This document shows positions 11,386 to 25,150 of a stretch of DNA of 64,000 nucleotides, piece after piece. Location of the stretch: NCBI GenBank assembly GCA_964016885.1, contig OZ024752.1:31062001-31126000 (forward strand), read 5' to 3'. Every line of letters begins with the position of its first letter. The stretch's first letter is position 1. The DNA comes from Eledone cirrhosa (taxonomy: Eukaryota). The notes below the pieces were generated by a model. That model was not told the origin of the DNA. It saw only the letters and a program-made list of their open reading frames with translations, and ran no database searches. The position numbers and the translations under genes are program-made.

Positions 11386-13728
11386 AGATCCAGTAGTCTT
11401 ATAACCCACTGGTATTTGATATTCCCTGGTATCATTTGTAAGAAAGAAGGTTTGGCAGATGTAACTTTAAGACTTGTTTTGGAGCCAGGTTTTTGGGTGA
11501 TTCGTGTTATATTTGATCGTACATCAACTGAAGTTAAAGCCTTTACCTTGAAAATATAATTGATCCTACTTTTGGCACAAGGCCAGCAATTATCCCAGTG
11601 CATTACTGGTACTTTATTTTATCGACCCCCGTAAGGATGAAAGGCAAATTTAACCTCGGCGGGATTTGAACTCAGACTGTAAAGGGACGTAACTCTATGC
11701 TACAAAGCATGTTGTCCGATGTGTGTATCCCAGGTTCAATTGGGGGGTAAACACAGTAAGTAAGGTACTCAATACATAGCAGAGTATAAATATTCAATAT
11801 AGAAATGGCTTCTACAGTTATAGTCCTTCATTCCGTATGCAATCAGTACTTCATAATTGTTTCTACTATTGGCACAAGGCCAGCAAATTATCCAGTGCAT
11901 TACTGGTACTTTATTTTGTCGACCCAGTAAGGATGAAAGGCAAAGTCAACCTCGGCGGGATTTGAGAAAATAATGTCATACTATGATAACTATAAAGCTA
12001 GAACTAATGAGGAAATTATCTATTCTATTTGGCCTTCACTGAGAAGACTGCACTCTCAACTCACGCATCAAACCACACCTCAGGGATTAAGTGTCTGAAT
12101 ATGTATGGCACAGCAGGTTGCCAGTGACAGGCTGATAAGAATTCTAAACCATTACGTGGTATAGGCGCCACAGAAATTGTTTCAGCATCATTGAAGATTT
12201 GTATTTGTTTATACAGCGTCCCTCGAGCGTGTCAATAATATCTATCTCCATCAAAAAGTGCAACTCTGCATGAAATATTTCACTGAGTACCAGACTTAAT
12301 ATTTTAACCCTTTAGCATTTAAACCGACCATATCCGGTCAGAATTCTCTCCTCTCTTGTGTTCAAGCTGGTCGTAACCGGCCCCTTATACCCACGTTAAG
12401 GTATTTTTCTCAAAACAAATAATATCAAAATCTCGTAGATTCGATATTAAGTAAAATAAAGAGTAACGTAAATGCTAAAGGGTTAACGTATTTAGTGTCA
12501 TTGACTATATTCAGGGGGCAAAATCCCTCCATAGTCGAGCCATTTGATAATGATCCTCTCGAGGAAAGAGATGTCAGTGAAATAGATTTTAGAGGTTGTT
12601 GTTGTCTTTCGTACATTAGCTCAGAGTCTAAATTGTAAAGTATGTCTCGAGCTCCGAGGCTCATCAGGCCCGTCCTTATCCCGGCTTCCATGACTGGAGT
12701 GACTGGGACTACAACACCCACCCCCGCCTGGACAGGATGCCAGTCCATTGAAGGGTTAAAGTCTATCTCGAGTCCGGAGGCTCTCATCAGTCTGGTGCTT
12801 ATCCCGGCTTCCATAACTGGAGTGACTGAGAGTACAAGACGACGCCAGTCCATCCCAGAGTTAATACCCGCAGCTATTCCTGCTGGTACTAATTTTCAGC
12901 TGAGAGTACTTTTGAGCAATGTGAAATGAAGTGTTTTGCTTAAGAACATAACACACAGCCCAGCCCAGGAGTCGGACCTACGACATTATGTTCGTAAGTC
13001 CAACACCCTTACCACAAGATCCAGTAGTCATATAACCCACTGGTATTTGATATTCCCTGGTATCATTTGTAAGAAAGAAGGTTTGGCAGATGTAACTTTA
13101 AGACTTGATTTGGAGCCAGGTTTTTGGGTGATTCGTGTTATATTTGATCGTACATCAACTGAAGTTAAAGCCTTTACCTTGAAAATATAATTGTTCCTAC
13201 TTTTGGCACAAGGCCAGCAATTATCGCAGTGCATTACTGGTACTTTATTTTATCGACCCCCGTAAGGATGAAAGGCAAAGTTAACCTCGGCGGTCCAATG
13301 TGTCCGAACAGGGAGGAGCCGAACTCCCACTGTCATCTCCTCCACCTCTCTCGCCCTCCCCCATCTCTCTCTATTGTGAGCTAATGGGGTCCCACGTGAT
13401 AGCCGCTCCACAGCTCCGGAGGACAGAATGGAGAAGGCGTTTCGCTGGAGGGTGGTAAGTTGTATTTGGAGAATGGTTTAAGGACAAATTTGAGATGTCA
13501 ACTATGTAAGAGTTGGTATGTTTTTTGTGGGGCTGAGAAAATCATGTAAGATGCCTCCACACGGTCGTTCTACTTTCTAAAACTGGAGGGTACCTCGTTT
13601 TCCTGAATACACAGGATTAAGGTTCTAGAAGCGATCTATGTTGATATATCGTGAAATAAACAAAATAAATTTATGTTTCTATTGTTTAATTCTCGAGGAA
13701 AAGGAAGTCAGTGAAATATATTTTAGAG

Positions 13729-13928
13729 CAGGGAAATTGAGGGTCTTCCGAGGGCCACAAGGGTCACATATGTGTTGTCTGAGGGCCACACACGACAACT
13801 AATTGTGCACATTACAACAAATTTTACGAAGATAAAACATGCTCGCGCTGTCAAAACCTTTGTGCGAGCCGCAGGTGTGCTTGTAAAGGGGCGCATGCGG
13901 CCCACGGGTCGCATCTTTGGCATGACTG
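13729..13928. mobile_element. hAT (Charlie-like) MITE, 200 bp
   Basis: CAG…CTG termini with an 8-bp TSD TTTTAGAG (13721-13728, 13929-13936). Paralogous empty sites at about 10957 and 12588; partial inverted copy at 9541-9645. Confidence 0.85.
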
Positions 13929-14364
13929 TTTTAGAGGTCTCACGTACATTAGCTCAGAATCTAAATTCTAAAGTTTGTCTCGAGTTCGGAGGTTCATCAG
14001 GCCGGTGCTTAACCTGGTTTCTGTGACTGAGAGTACACCCCCTACTTTTGTTCCTACTTTTGGCACAAGGCCAGCAAATACCCAGTACATTACTGGTGCT
14101 TTATTTTATCGACCCCGTTTATATATAATATCGTCTTGTATGATGTATCATGGATTTCATTACTGATTACATATGACAGTGTAACACAGTCTTTGTTCAA
14201 TTTCTGTGTATATTGTCAATTACGATTTTATTTGATCATATCTACATATATATATACTTGCGTATAATATCAATATACACACTACACATGATAGCAGAAA
14301 ACCACCGGAAGGGTGGTTTTTCTGCTAGTTATATTAAAGGGAAATGACCTACGTATGTAATACA

Positions 14365-14690
14365 CAACTACAAGGATGTGGTCTGAACGTGGAAGAACCG
14401 AACTCCCACTGTCATCGCCTCCATCTCTCTCGCCCTCCCCATCTCCCTGTATGGTGAGCAATTGGGGTCCCACGTGCTGGCCGCCCCACAGCCCCGGCGG
14501 ACAGAATGGGAGACAGAAGGCGTTTTCCCGGAGGATGGTAAGGGAGATGCGCTGGAAAAGCCATTCCAACTCGCGAGGCTCACACCTGCAGCTCGCCAGC
14601 TCAGCGTCTATGGTGGTGAGTAGGGAGGTAGCCCTAGAGCCGAGGACACCAGAAGTCTTCCCGGCCCAGGGCACGACCTCAAAGTATCGT
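14365..14690 (-). mobile_element. CRE-clade 3' fragment (longest copy)
   Basis: FEVVPWAGKTSGVLGSRATSLL…CEPRELEWLFQRISLTILRENA. Confidence 0.7.
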
Positions 14691-15529
14691 TTCCATTCGA
14701 TAATACGGTGGACACGTTCGATTTTTGTTAACCAAGGACATAACCGAATATCCCGCGCTTTATGGCATGAAACAAACCAATTTCCGAAACAAATACTTGA
14801 AAGTTCGATTCATATTTCCTTCTGCGCATGTGTATGCGCATGTGGGTCCATAACCTCTTCTAACACTCTCATTCGAATACTTTCTATCTGTTTTTAATTA
14901 TATTATGTTAAAATAACATATATTATAAATTGTATTTATTTTTATTGAATATTAAACTTCGTATAATTCTCTTCTTAATGGTTCTTTCTAAAGATTGAAA
15001 CTGTAAATAAGCCGGATTGCGTTAACCCTACACCTAACCCTAACCTCTAACCTCAAACACTAACCCTAAATCCAAACCCGAAACTTTAATCATAACCTTA
15101 ACCCTTTAGCATTTAGATTACTCTATATTTACTATTGTATTTTTGTGGTAAACACTTAGTCTGAGTTCAAATCCCGTCGAGATTAACTTTGCCTTTCATC
15201 CTTATGGGGTCGATAAAATAAAGTACCAGTAATGCAGTGGTAATTGCTGGGCTCGTGCCAAAAGTAGAAACAATTATTATGCGTATCATAAGGGATTGGC
15301 AGTATCGGTAGAGGGGCGGACGCCATGCTTTGCAGCAAAGAGTTACGGTCCTTTATGATCTGAGTTCAAATCCCGCCGAGTTTAACTTTACTTTTCATCC
15401 TTACGAGGTCAATAAAATAAAGTACCAGTAATACACTGATTTTAATTGCTGGCCTTGTGCCAAAAGTAGAAACATTTATTAAGCGTACCATAATTGTATT
15501 AAATTTCATTGAATATGAATATATATATA

Positions 15530-16772
15530 AAAAAGCTTAACGCAAAACGGTTGTATAAACGCCTTCCAACACATAACAATACACGTAAAACATTAGCTAT
15601 AACATCACAAAACAACAAACAACATCCTGTCCTACATAAGCAACCTCATCAACCCATCCATGGCAGTACAACAACGCAAAATTATAATTGCAACTGTGTC
15701 CAACCAGGAATGTGTCCGTTGAACAATCAGTGTCTTGAACGCAACATCGTATACAAATGTACTATCGAATCGGATAGACAGAAGTGGTACTATGTGGGAT
15801 CTACAGCCACCTCCTTCAAATCACGCCTTTATAGACATCGTTATTCGATAAAACATGAAAACCAGCGTTATGTAACAACACTCGCAGACAAGGCTTGGCA
15901 GCTGCGTGAAAATAACCAACAATTTCACCTAAAATGGGATATAATAGCGGCTGCCCCCCCCCCCCCCCCCCCCCCCATAATCCCATGGACAGGAATTTTG
16001 TAAATTATGTAATGTAGAATTATTTTGTATTATGAAATCCAAAAACATTTTATTAAATAACAGAATAGAGCGATCGTTATACTGTAACCATCGCTTAAAA
16101 TCTACATTTTCATATTATAAATACTACCAGGATTGAACGCCTGTCTCTATCCCCGTTTGATTGTCAAAATAGATATGAACATTCTTTATTAGTCTTAATT
16201 CTATCAACTCTTCTATTATTTACCTTTTAATACAAACTGCTATAGATAAAATGAGATTTCTGATTTCTTGATTCAATTCCCTAATGCATATACCAGCTGG
16301 CTACTAGCATTGATGTTATTTAGTAGCAATCGAAATCTCCCCCTTCCCCAATTGACACTTTATAATTAATACTACTGCACCAAATGACCAGCCCTGTCCA
16401 CTGTCCAGTTGGTCAAGTAGAGATTAAAATTGGCACTCCCAAAATTCTTATTTAGATTTACTCATGGTATTCTCATTAAAAACCCATTATATACTTGTTT
16501 AGCAGTAAATTATTTTACCATCTGTCATATACTATCCCCTCTGTTCCTTCCTCTTTTACTAATATAAATACTTCAATTTTTCTGATTTTATCCAGTTTAT
16601 CCAAAATCTCTGAAGAAGTGACAACTGATTATACATTTGCTATCGAATACTTGCTAACATTATATGATTACGCAAGCAGCGATACATAGGTATTCGGTCT
16701 GTTACAGAAACATATGTCAATACCTAATAAATTCCTTTTTTAACAAAAGCACTTTCATTTTATATTCATCCT

Positions 16773-16777
<5 letters not shown>
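15530..16777 (+). mobile_element. Naiad-type Penelope-like element, 5'-truncated (GIY-YIG endonuclease plus 3' region)
   Basis: CNCVQPGMCPLNNQC…IVYKC…YYVGSTATSFKSRLYRH…LKWDII. After a frameshift near the poly-C run it continues CKLCNVE…LLNNRIE…CNHR to a stop near 16136. Hammerhead-like core at 16610-16718; ends in (TA)n. Confidence 0.85.
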
Positions 16778-16818
<41 letters not shown>

Positions 16819-16926
16819 AGGATGAATATAAAATGAAAGTGCTTTTGTTAAAAAGGGAATTTATATATATATATATAAAAAAGGAATCTATATATATATA
16901 TATATATATATATATTTTTATATATA

Positions 16927-17165
<239 letters not shown>

Positions 17166-17180
17166 ATATTTATATATATA

Positions 17181-17383
17181 ACGAAGGAAATGTGGTAAGG
17201 AACCAGGTGGACCATAACGCACCAAAGTACTCAATACTTGAGGTAGTAGAGTGGGTAATAGGAACCAGTAAGACCCCGACAGCTGAGCTCAAGCCGTTTC
17301 GACGGCTAATTCTGGACTAAAATTTTAGTCCAGAATTAGCCGTCGAAACGGCTTGAGCTCAGCTGTCGGGGTCTTACTGGTTC

Positions 17384-17387
<4 letters not shown>
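17181..17387. mobile_element. Fold-back element, family D (130-bp perfect palindrome 17258-17387 plus tail)
   Basis: Arms are exact reverse complements and contain the hammerhead 3' half GAAA-CGGCT…AGCTG-TC-GGGGTC. Family copies at 31849-32053, 34080-34222, 46899-47078, 49146-49328, 60390-60541, 61425-61612 and 62660-62790, nearly all in or beside (TA)n. Confidence 0.85.
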
Positions 17388-17468
<81 letters not shown>

Positions 17469-17474
17469 TATATA

Positions 17475-17512
<38 letters not shown>

Positions 17513-17595
17513 ATTTATATATATATATTTATATATATATATATATATAATTATATATATATTTATATATATATATTTATATATATATATATATA

Positions 17596-17643
<48 letters not shown>

Positions 17644-17675
17644 TATATATATATATATATAATTATATATATATT

Positions 17676-17709
<34 letters not shown>

Positions 17710-17749
17710 TATATATATATATATTTATATATATATTTATATATATATT

Positions 17750-17780
<31 letters not shown>

Positions 17781-17781
17781 T

Positions 17782-17832
<51 letters not shown>

Positions 17833-18176
17833 TTATATATATATATATTTATCAGTTGATGGATGTGAATCCGAAATATATAGGGACTATTAAATCTCTC
17901 CCAATGTAACTCTCTCTTGTGTTGTTATTTTTATTTTATCCTTTATACTCTTCCCTTCATTCTACACATCTCACACATCTTATACACACCACGCATCTCA
18001 ACGTACACCCACTTACATCTCTCTCTCCACCACCGGACCTTGTTACCCGGAGATTTACCCATTTGCATTGTCGAGGCTTCCAAACGACTTAAAGAAATTT
18101 ACCTTATTATTCCACAATGCTTCAAGCTAACTTCAATACTCTCTTATATATATAGATATTTATATATATATGTATA

Positions 18177-18295
<119 letters not shown>

Positions 18296-18416
18296 ATTTA
18301 TATATATATATATTTATATATATTTATATATATATATATTTATATATATATATATTTATATATATATATATTTATATATATATATATTTATATATATATA
18401 TATTTATATATATATA

Positions 18417-18463
<47 letters not shown>

Positions 18464-18464
18464 T

Positions 18465-18624
<160 letters not shown>

Positions 18625-18691
18625 ATATTTATATATATATTTATATATATATATATATTTATATATATATTTATATATATATTTATATATA

Positions 18692-19228
18692 AAATAAAAT
18701 ATTAAACAAATAATGAATAAACAATTCCTTATATTAAACAAAAAAAGTTCATTATTTAACGATCGTTTCTAGGATATATATGTGTTAGAATTGGTATGCA
18801 TATTCAACAGATCTATGTACAAAATTATACAAAATTATACAAATTATCAAGATTAAATATACATACCAAACACATATATACGCCGTCTTTATTTCTGAAG
18901 ACGGCGTATATATGTGTTTGGTATGTATATTTAATCTTGATAATTTGTATAATTTTGTATAATTTTGTACATAGATCTGTTGAATATGCATACCAATTCT
19001 AACACATATATATCCTAGAAACGATCGTTAAATAATGAACTTTTTTTGTTTAATATAAGGAATTGTTTATTCATTATTTGTTTAATATTTTATCTTGACT
19101 CTGTATACCGTTTATCTTTCACCGAAAGTGGTTTTTCATTACATCTCTTCTTTCCATGATATCCGGAATACATTGAGTTCTTCATACGGATTGGACACTA
19201 CCGTAAACTCTTGGTAGATTTATCTACA
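18692..19228 (+). mobile_element. Fold-back element (about 400-bp palindrome 18692-19093 plus 3' tail)
   Basis: Arms are reverse-complementary (ORFs 18785- and 18796+ translate almost identically). Embedded in (TA)n. Confidence 0.9.
18889..19035 (+). ncRNA. Type I hammerhead ribozyme with a very long stem II
   Basis: TTATTT-CTGAAGA-[about 115 nt hairpin]-GAAA-CGATCG-TT-AAATAA. Stem I is 6 bp; stem III is palindromic. Confidence 0.7.
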
Positions 19229-19248
19229 TATATTTATATATATATATT

Positions 19249-19279
<31 letters not shown>

Positions 19280-20242
19280 TTATATATATATTTATATATA
19301 TATATATTTATATATATATTTATATATATATTTATATATATATATATTTATATATATATTTATATATATATATATTTATAGATTTATAGATTTATATATA
19401 TATATTATAGATGAGATTCTACAGAACTAGAATTGTTTTATTCTTTAGAAATCATCAGGAATCTGGGTATCAAAAAATAAGTATGGTATTTATAGGTCTC
19501 TTCAAGTGGTAGGAGAGGGTGGGGAGTGGGATCGGTGTAGGTCATTGGTTGATAGAAAAGGGAATTCATTAAAAGCTAATTCTTCAAAGCTATAGTTTAT
19601 TTTTAGAGTAACAAAGGCAGAAAGAATTCTATAAACAAGTTCAGGATGGGGTGCCACTCCTTATTTTTAAGTTTCTCTTAAGCTAACAGGTGTCTATAAG
19701 ATCAGTGGGGATCAGTCATGGTTGATGGATTTAAAGGAAAGGGAGATTCTTTAAAAGCTAAATTCTTCAAAGCTATAGTTTATTTTTAGAGTAACAAAGG
19801 CAGAAAGAATTCTATAAACAAGTTCAGGATGCACAAGAACTGCCCGAGCTGCATGCAGAAGAACTTCGCAACTTTCAAATACTTTAAGCCAGTGTTAAAG
19901 CCCGATGGCTAAAAACGACCTCCTCCTATTGGCCCCTATACCTCCTTCCCACCCTACCCCCACCCCTCCTCAACCTGAAATACGGCCACTATGGTTATGT
20001 GAGTACCTCTTACCTATCTGCATTTTCTGCCTGTAGAGCTGTTTTTATGTGCCTGTGTATATGCGTATATTTATTGAGTACTTATTTATTTGTATGTGTA
20101 TATATTTGTGTGTATGTGTGTATATGTATGTGTGTATGTATATGAATGTATATGTATGTGTATGTGGTTCTCTCTGTGTGTGTATTTATTTATTTATTTA
20201 TATATGTGTGTATATATGTATATATGTGTGTGTGTGTGTGTG

Positions 20243-20301
<59 letters not shown>

Positions 20302-20441
20302 GTATATGTGTGTGTATGTATATATATGTATATATATATGTATATGTGTGTGTATGTATATATATATATGTATATATATATGTATATGTGTGTGTATGTA
20401 TGTATGTATATATATATGTGTGTGTGTGTATATGTATGTGA

Positions 20442-20476
<35 letters not shown>

Positions 20477-20540
20477 CGTGTGTGTGTATATATGTGTATA
20501 TATATGTGTGTATGTATATATATATGTATATATATATATG

Positions 20541-20595
<55 letters not shown>

Positions 20596-20693
20596 GTGTG
20601 TATATATGTGTGTGTATATATATATATATGTGTGTGTATATATGTGTGTATATGTGTATATATATGTATGTGTATACATGTATGTGTGCACAT

Positions 20694-20762
<69 letters not shown>

Positions 20763-20797
20763 ATGTGTATATGTAGGTGTATGTATGTGTGTGTGTG

Positions 20798-20855
<58 letters not shown>

Positions 20856-20959
20856 TATTGAAATTTCCGTTGAAAACAGAAAAGGTCATAGAAGTGAAGA
20901 GTGCTCTATGTAAGTACCAGAGCAAAATTTAATGTATAAAAATCAATACAATATAATTA

Positions 20960-21029
20960 CCTCATTACCAGAGGTTTCCCGAATGAGGCGAATACGAAAG
21001 AAACGTCTTCATTCGTTCGTCAGACGAGG
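20960..21029 (-). ncRNA. Type I hammerhead ribozyme (family B)
   Basis: CCTCGT-CTGACGA-A-CGAATGA…TCATTCG-G-GAAA-CC-TCT-GG-TA-ATGAGG. Confidence 0.8.
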
Positions 21030-21940
21030 CAATATAAAACATGGCTAAATACTTGGAAAGTCTCATTAAGAAAACCAAAAAAAAAAAAAAAAAAAATTAT
21101 ATAAATATAGACAAATGAATTACAATAGCCATATGAAATATATAAAAATCTTTCAAGAAATATAGTTAGGTGTGTGTATATGTATGTATATACGCTCACA
21201 GATGTACATATGTGTGTATGTACAAATGTGTACGTATAGTGAAAAAGTGTGCGTAAATATATCTGTTAGGGTAAGTGTATCTGTGTATCTGTAACTACAG
21301 ACAGACATGATGTGGTTTTCTGTTTGGCAGGTACACAGAAAAATAGGGTATTAGATACATTATAAGAATATGAAGGCACGCGTATAAACACACCCACACG
21401 CACGTACACTTATATGCGGAAGTAAAAGAGGTAAGGGAGTGTAATAATTAAAAGAAAGTATCATTCTCGATATATTTATAAAAATGGAACAATAATTTAG
21501 AAAGAAAAAATTAAAGAAAAGAAGACAAAGAAGGTACACGCGTACACACACACACGTATATCTACAAGAAACGTATATCTATAAGAAATATATATATATA
21601 CACGCAAAAAACGTGCAGACAAAAGCGTATGCAAGCACATCTACACACACACACAGGATGCACATATATACGCATATACGCCTCGCCCCATGTATATCTA
21701 ATCACGCGCACGCACGCGACTGTATACACACTCGCACGCACACACACACAAAAATATACATGCTTATATACATACGCACACTTACACATCCATACATTCG
21801 GTACGTACACACACATACATACACTCACGCATATTGACCTGTTTACATGCAGACGCATAAAAATGAGGATGTAAAAGAAGAAGAAAAAAAAACAAAAAAA
21901 ACATAGATGTAAAAACACGGATATAAAGACACATATACAT

Positions 21941-21992
<52 letters not shown>

Positions 21993-22794
21993 GCACGCGC
22001 GCGCACATACGGAGGCGTTCGTGTACATATATAGAAAGTATACACACATTAAGGCGCTCAGACACATAGATGCAGGGTGTAAAAAGCCTTGTGGATAAGT
22101 AAGTACAAATATAAAATTATAAGATTGGCTGCGAAATAATAAAAAATATCTGGAGTGGAAAACGCAAGTGACTTGTGTAATCAGTTAGTGAAGAAAATAG
22201 GGAAGTAAAAAGTGGAAAGTGAAGATATTAGGTAAGTGAATCGGAGAATAAAGGAATAAAGGGGGGGGGGGGGATTATTCTATGAGATTTTGAAAGTATT
22301 TATTTTGAGAACATCAGTTTGAGCTAACAGTTATAGCCAGTTTCAACAGAAAGAGGTAGAGAATTCTGGCCGGTTTTGGTCGGTTTGAATATTAAAGGGT
22401 TAAGAGAAATTTGAAGATAATCTGATATGCACACAATATTTTGAATTTGTCTACAGAATTCTCTAGGCCTTTGTCACTTAGTAGAACCTTAAAGAATTTA
22501 GCTTTTAAAGAATCTCCCTTTCCTTTAAATCCATCAACCATGACTGACCCCCACTGATCTTATAGACACCTGTTAGCTTAAGAGAAACTTAAAAATAAGG
22601 AGTGGCACCCCATCCTGAACTTGTTTATAGAATTCTTTCTGCCTTTGTTACTCTAAATATAAATTATAGCTTTGAAGAATTAGCTTTTAATGAATTCCCT
22701 TTTCTATCAACCAATGACCTACACCGATCCCACTCCCCACCCTCTCCTACCACTTGAAGAGACCTATAAATACCATACTTATTTTTTGATACCC

Positions 22795-22845
22795 AGATTC
22801 CTGATGATTTCTAAAGAATGAAACAGTTCTAGTCCTGTAGAATCT
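22795..22845 (+). ncRNA. Type I hammerhead ribozyme (family E)
   Basis: AGATTC-CTGATGA-TTTCTAAAGAAT-GAAA-CAG-TTCTAGTC-CTG-TA-GAATCT. Homologues at 58771-58821(+), about 42545-42590(-) and about 57199-57247(-). Confidence 0.8.
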
Positions 22846-22934
22846 CATCTATATTAAAACTTTTATACTCTGCAATGTATTGAGTACCTTACTTACTGTG
22901 GTTACCTCCGATTCAACCCGGAATAATGTATATT

Positions 22935-23010
<76 letters not shown>

Positions 23011-23170
23011 GATATATTTATATTTATATATATATATATTTATATATATATATTTATATTTATATATATATATATATTTATATTTATATTTATATATATA
23101 TATATTTATATTTATATTTATATTTGTATATATATATATTTATATTTATATTTATATATATATATATTTA

Positions 23171-23238
<68 letters not shown>

Positions 23239-23350
23239 AATATATTTATTTATATATATATAAATATATTTATTTATATATATATATATATATATTTATT
23301 TATATATATATATATATTTATTTATATATATATATATTTATATATATTTA

Positions 23351-24380
23351 TATAGAGATTACATGAATCAAAGTTCTGTTTAAATCATCTATTTGCTTAC
23401 AATTGTTTCTTCCAAACCGAGGTTTAGAGTCTTCGGAGCAATTATTCAGTGATTTTTAACATACTTGACCTCCTTTTCAACACAAGAGACATATAGAAAC
23501 ATATGTATATATTGACCCACAGTGGGTTGACATCTATTATAATAATATAGCATGGTAATTTACATACAAAGAATACAGTCATATTAAAGGACAAAATTAA
23601 AGTTAAAATTAAAATTAAAATTAAAATTAAAATAAAACATTGGCAGTCTACTAAGATAAAGCAAGAGGAAAGTTTGGAGTAGCCAGTGTATGCTGTTTTG
23701 CTTCTCATTTGTAATATTTTTGATATTTTTGGTGTTTCTCTACACACGGTCTTCTATATCGTACAGGTGTGTGTGAATAATGCTTTACCAGTACAGCCCC
23801 CATGATACTCTTGATTGCCTGCTTTGACTGCTTGTTTTACATGTAACAATCTGCCGCACTATAATCTTGTATAAATAGGACACGCGTGCATGCCACACGT
23901 GTGACTGTTGCATACACTGGCTACTCCAAACTTTCCTCTTGCTTTATCTTAGTAAACTGCCAATGTTTTATTTTTATTTTGATTTTGATTTTAACTTTAA
24001 TTTTGTCCTTTAATATGACTGTATTCTTTGTATGTAAATTACCATGCTATGGGTCAATATATACATATGTTTCTATATGTCTCTTGTGTTGAAAAGGAGG
24101 TCAAGTATGTTAAAAATCACTGAATAATTGCTCCGAAGAATCTAAACCTCGGTTTGGAAGAAACAATTGTAAGCAAATAAATGATTTAAACAGAACTTTG
24201 ATTCGTGTAATCTCTATATAACTGCTCTGTAAAACAACTGATGTTGTTACATTGAGCTATTTATCTTACTGGTAATAAGATAGTAATAAATTACTGTCTT
24301 TCACTATTTAGGGTATAAAATATATATAACTATAAAAGGTTTTAGTATATACATAACCATAAATAGTATCCTTAATACTA
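23351..24380. mobile_element. Inverted-repeat element (arms 23351-23694 and 23909-24219) with 3' tail
   Basis: Reverse-complement arms in (TA)n, with a hammerhead in each arm. Confidence 0.8.
24128..24176 (+). ncRNA. Type I hammerhead-like motif with CCGAAGA core
   Basis: TTGCT-CCGAAGA-A-TCTAAACC-TC-GGTTTGGA-A-GAAA-CAATTG-TA-AGCAA. Mirror copy at 23393-23441(-). Confidence 0.7.
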
Positions 24381-24382
24381 TA

Positions 24383-24437
<55 letters not shown>

Positions 24438-24538
24438 GTATATATATTTATATATATATATATTTATATATATATATATATATTCATATATATATATATA
24501 TTTATTTATATATATATTTATTTATATATATATATATT

Positions 24539-24605
<67 letters not shown>

Positions 24606-24688
24606 ATTTATATATATATATATTTATGAAGTAATTCCGTCGGAAAAGTCCAGGAAAAAAGAGTGCTCTATGTAGGTAACAGAGCTTA

Positions 24689-25039
24689 ATAGTTATGTAA
24701 TAAACAACATAAGGCAATTATTTCATTTACCAGTGGTTTCTTAAAAGCAAAAAAAATTTTGCTTTCAGCCATCAGAATGAAAAAATCCTAGTGTATTTAT
24801 TGGCGTTGGATTTTAAAAACAAAAATATAATCTATATGAAAGTGAGGCTGGAAAAGGAAGGAAAGGAAAAATAAAAATAAAAAATAAAAACACACATGCA
24901 AACACACACACACACACAATTATATACATTCACATATATATATATATATACATACACACATACATACACACACACATATATGTGTATATATATATACATA
25001 CACATACATACATACACATAGAAATACACAAACGTGCAT

Positions 25040-25070
<31 letters not shown>

Positions 25071-25119
25071 TGCATATATATATATATATATACATACATA
25101 CTCATACATATATATATAT

Positions 25120-25150
<31 letters not shown>

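Larger units (their letters stand above)
10333..13292. repeat. Tandem segmental duplication, period 1631 bp (10333-11660 vs 11964-13292)
   Basis: The ORF pairs 11011/12642 and 11305/12936 are almost identical. Both copies are bounded by minus-strand SINE copies. Confidence 0.9.
19408..22851. repeat. Pair of ~360-bp inverted repeats, family E (19408-19768 and 22493-22851)
   Basis: The reverse-complement match was read directly. Each arm carries a hammerhead motif; the left one has a mutated GAAA. Confidence 0.85.

Noticed and set aside
15021-15105. CCCTAA-like telomeric repeats
   Set aside because: Short and degenerate; more likely an internal motif of a DNA element than an interstitial telomere.
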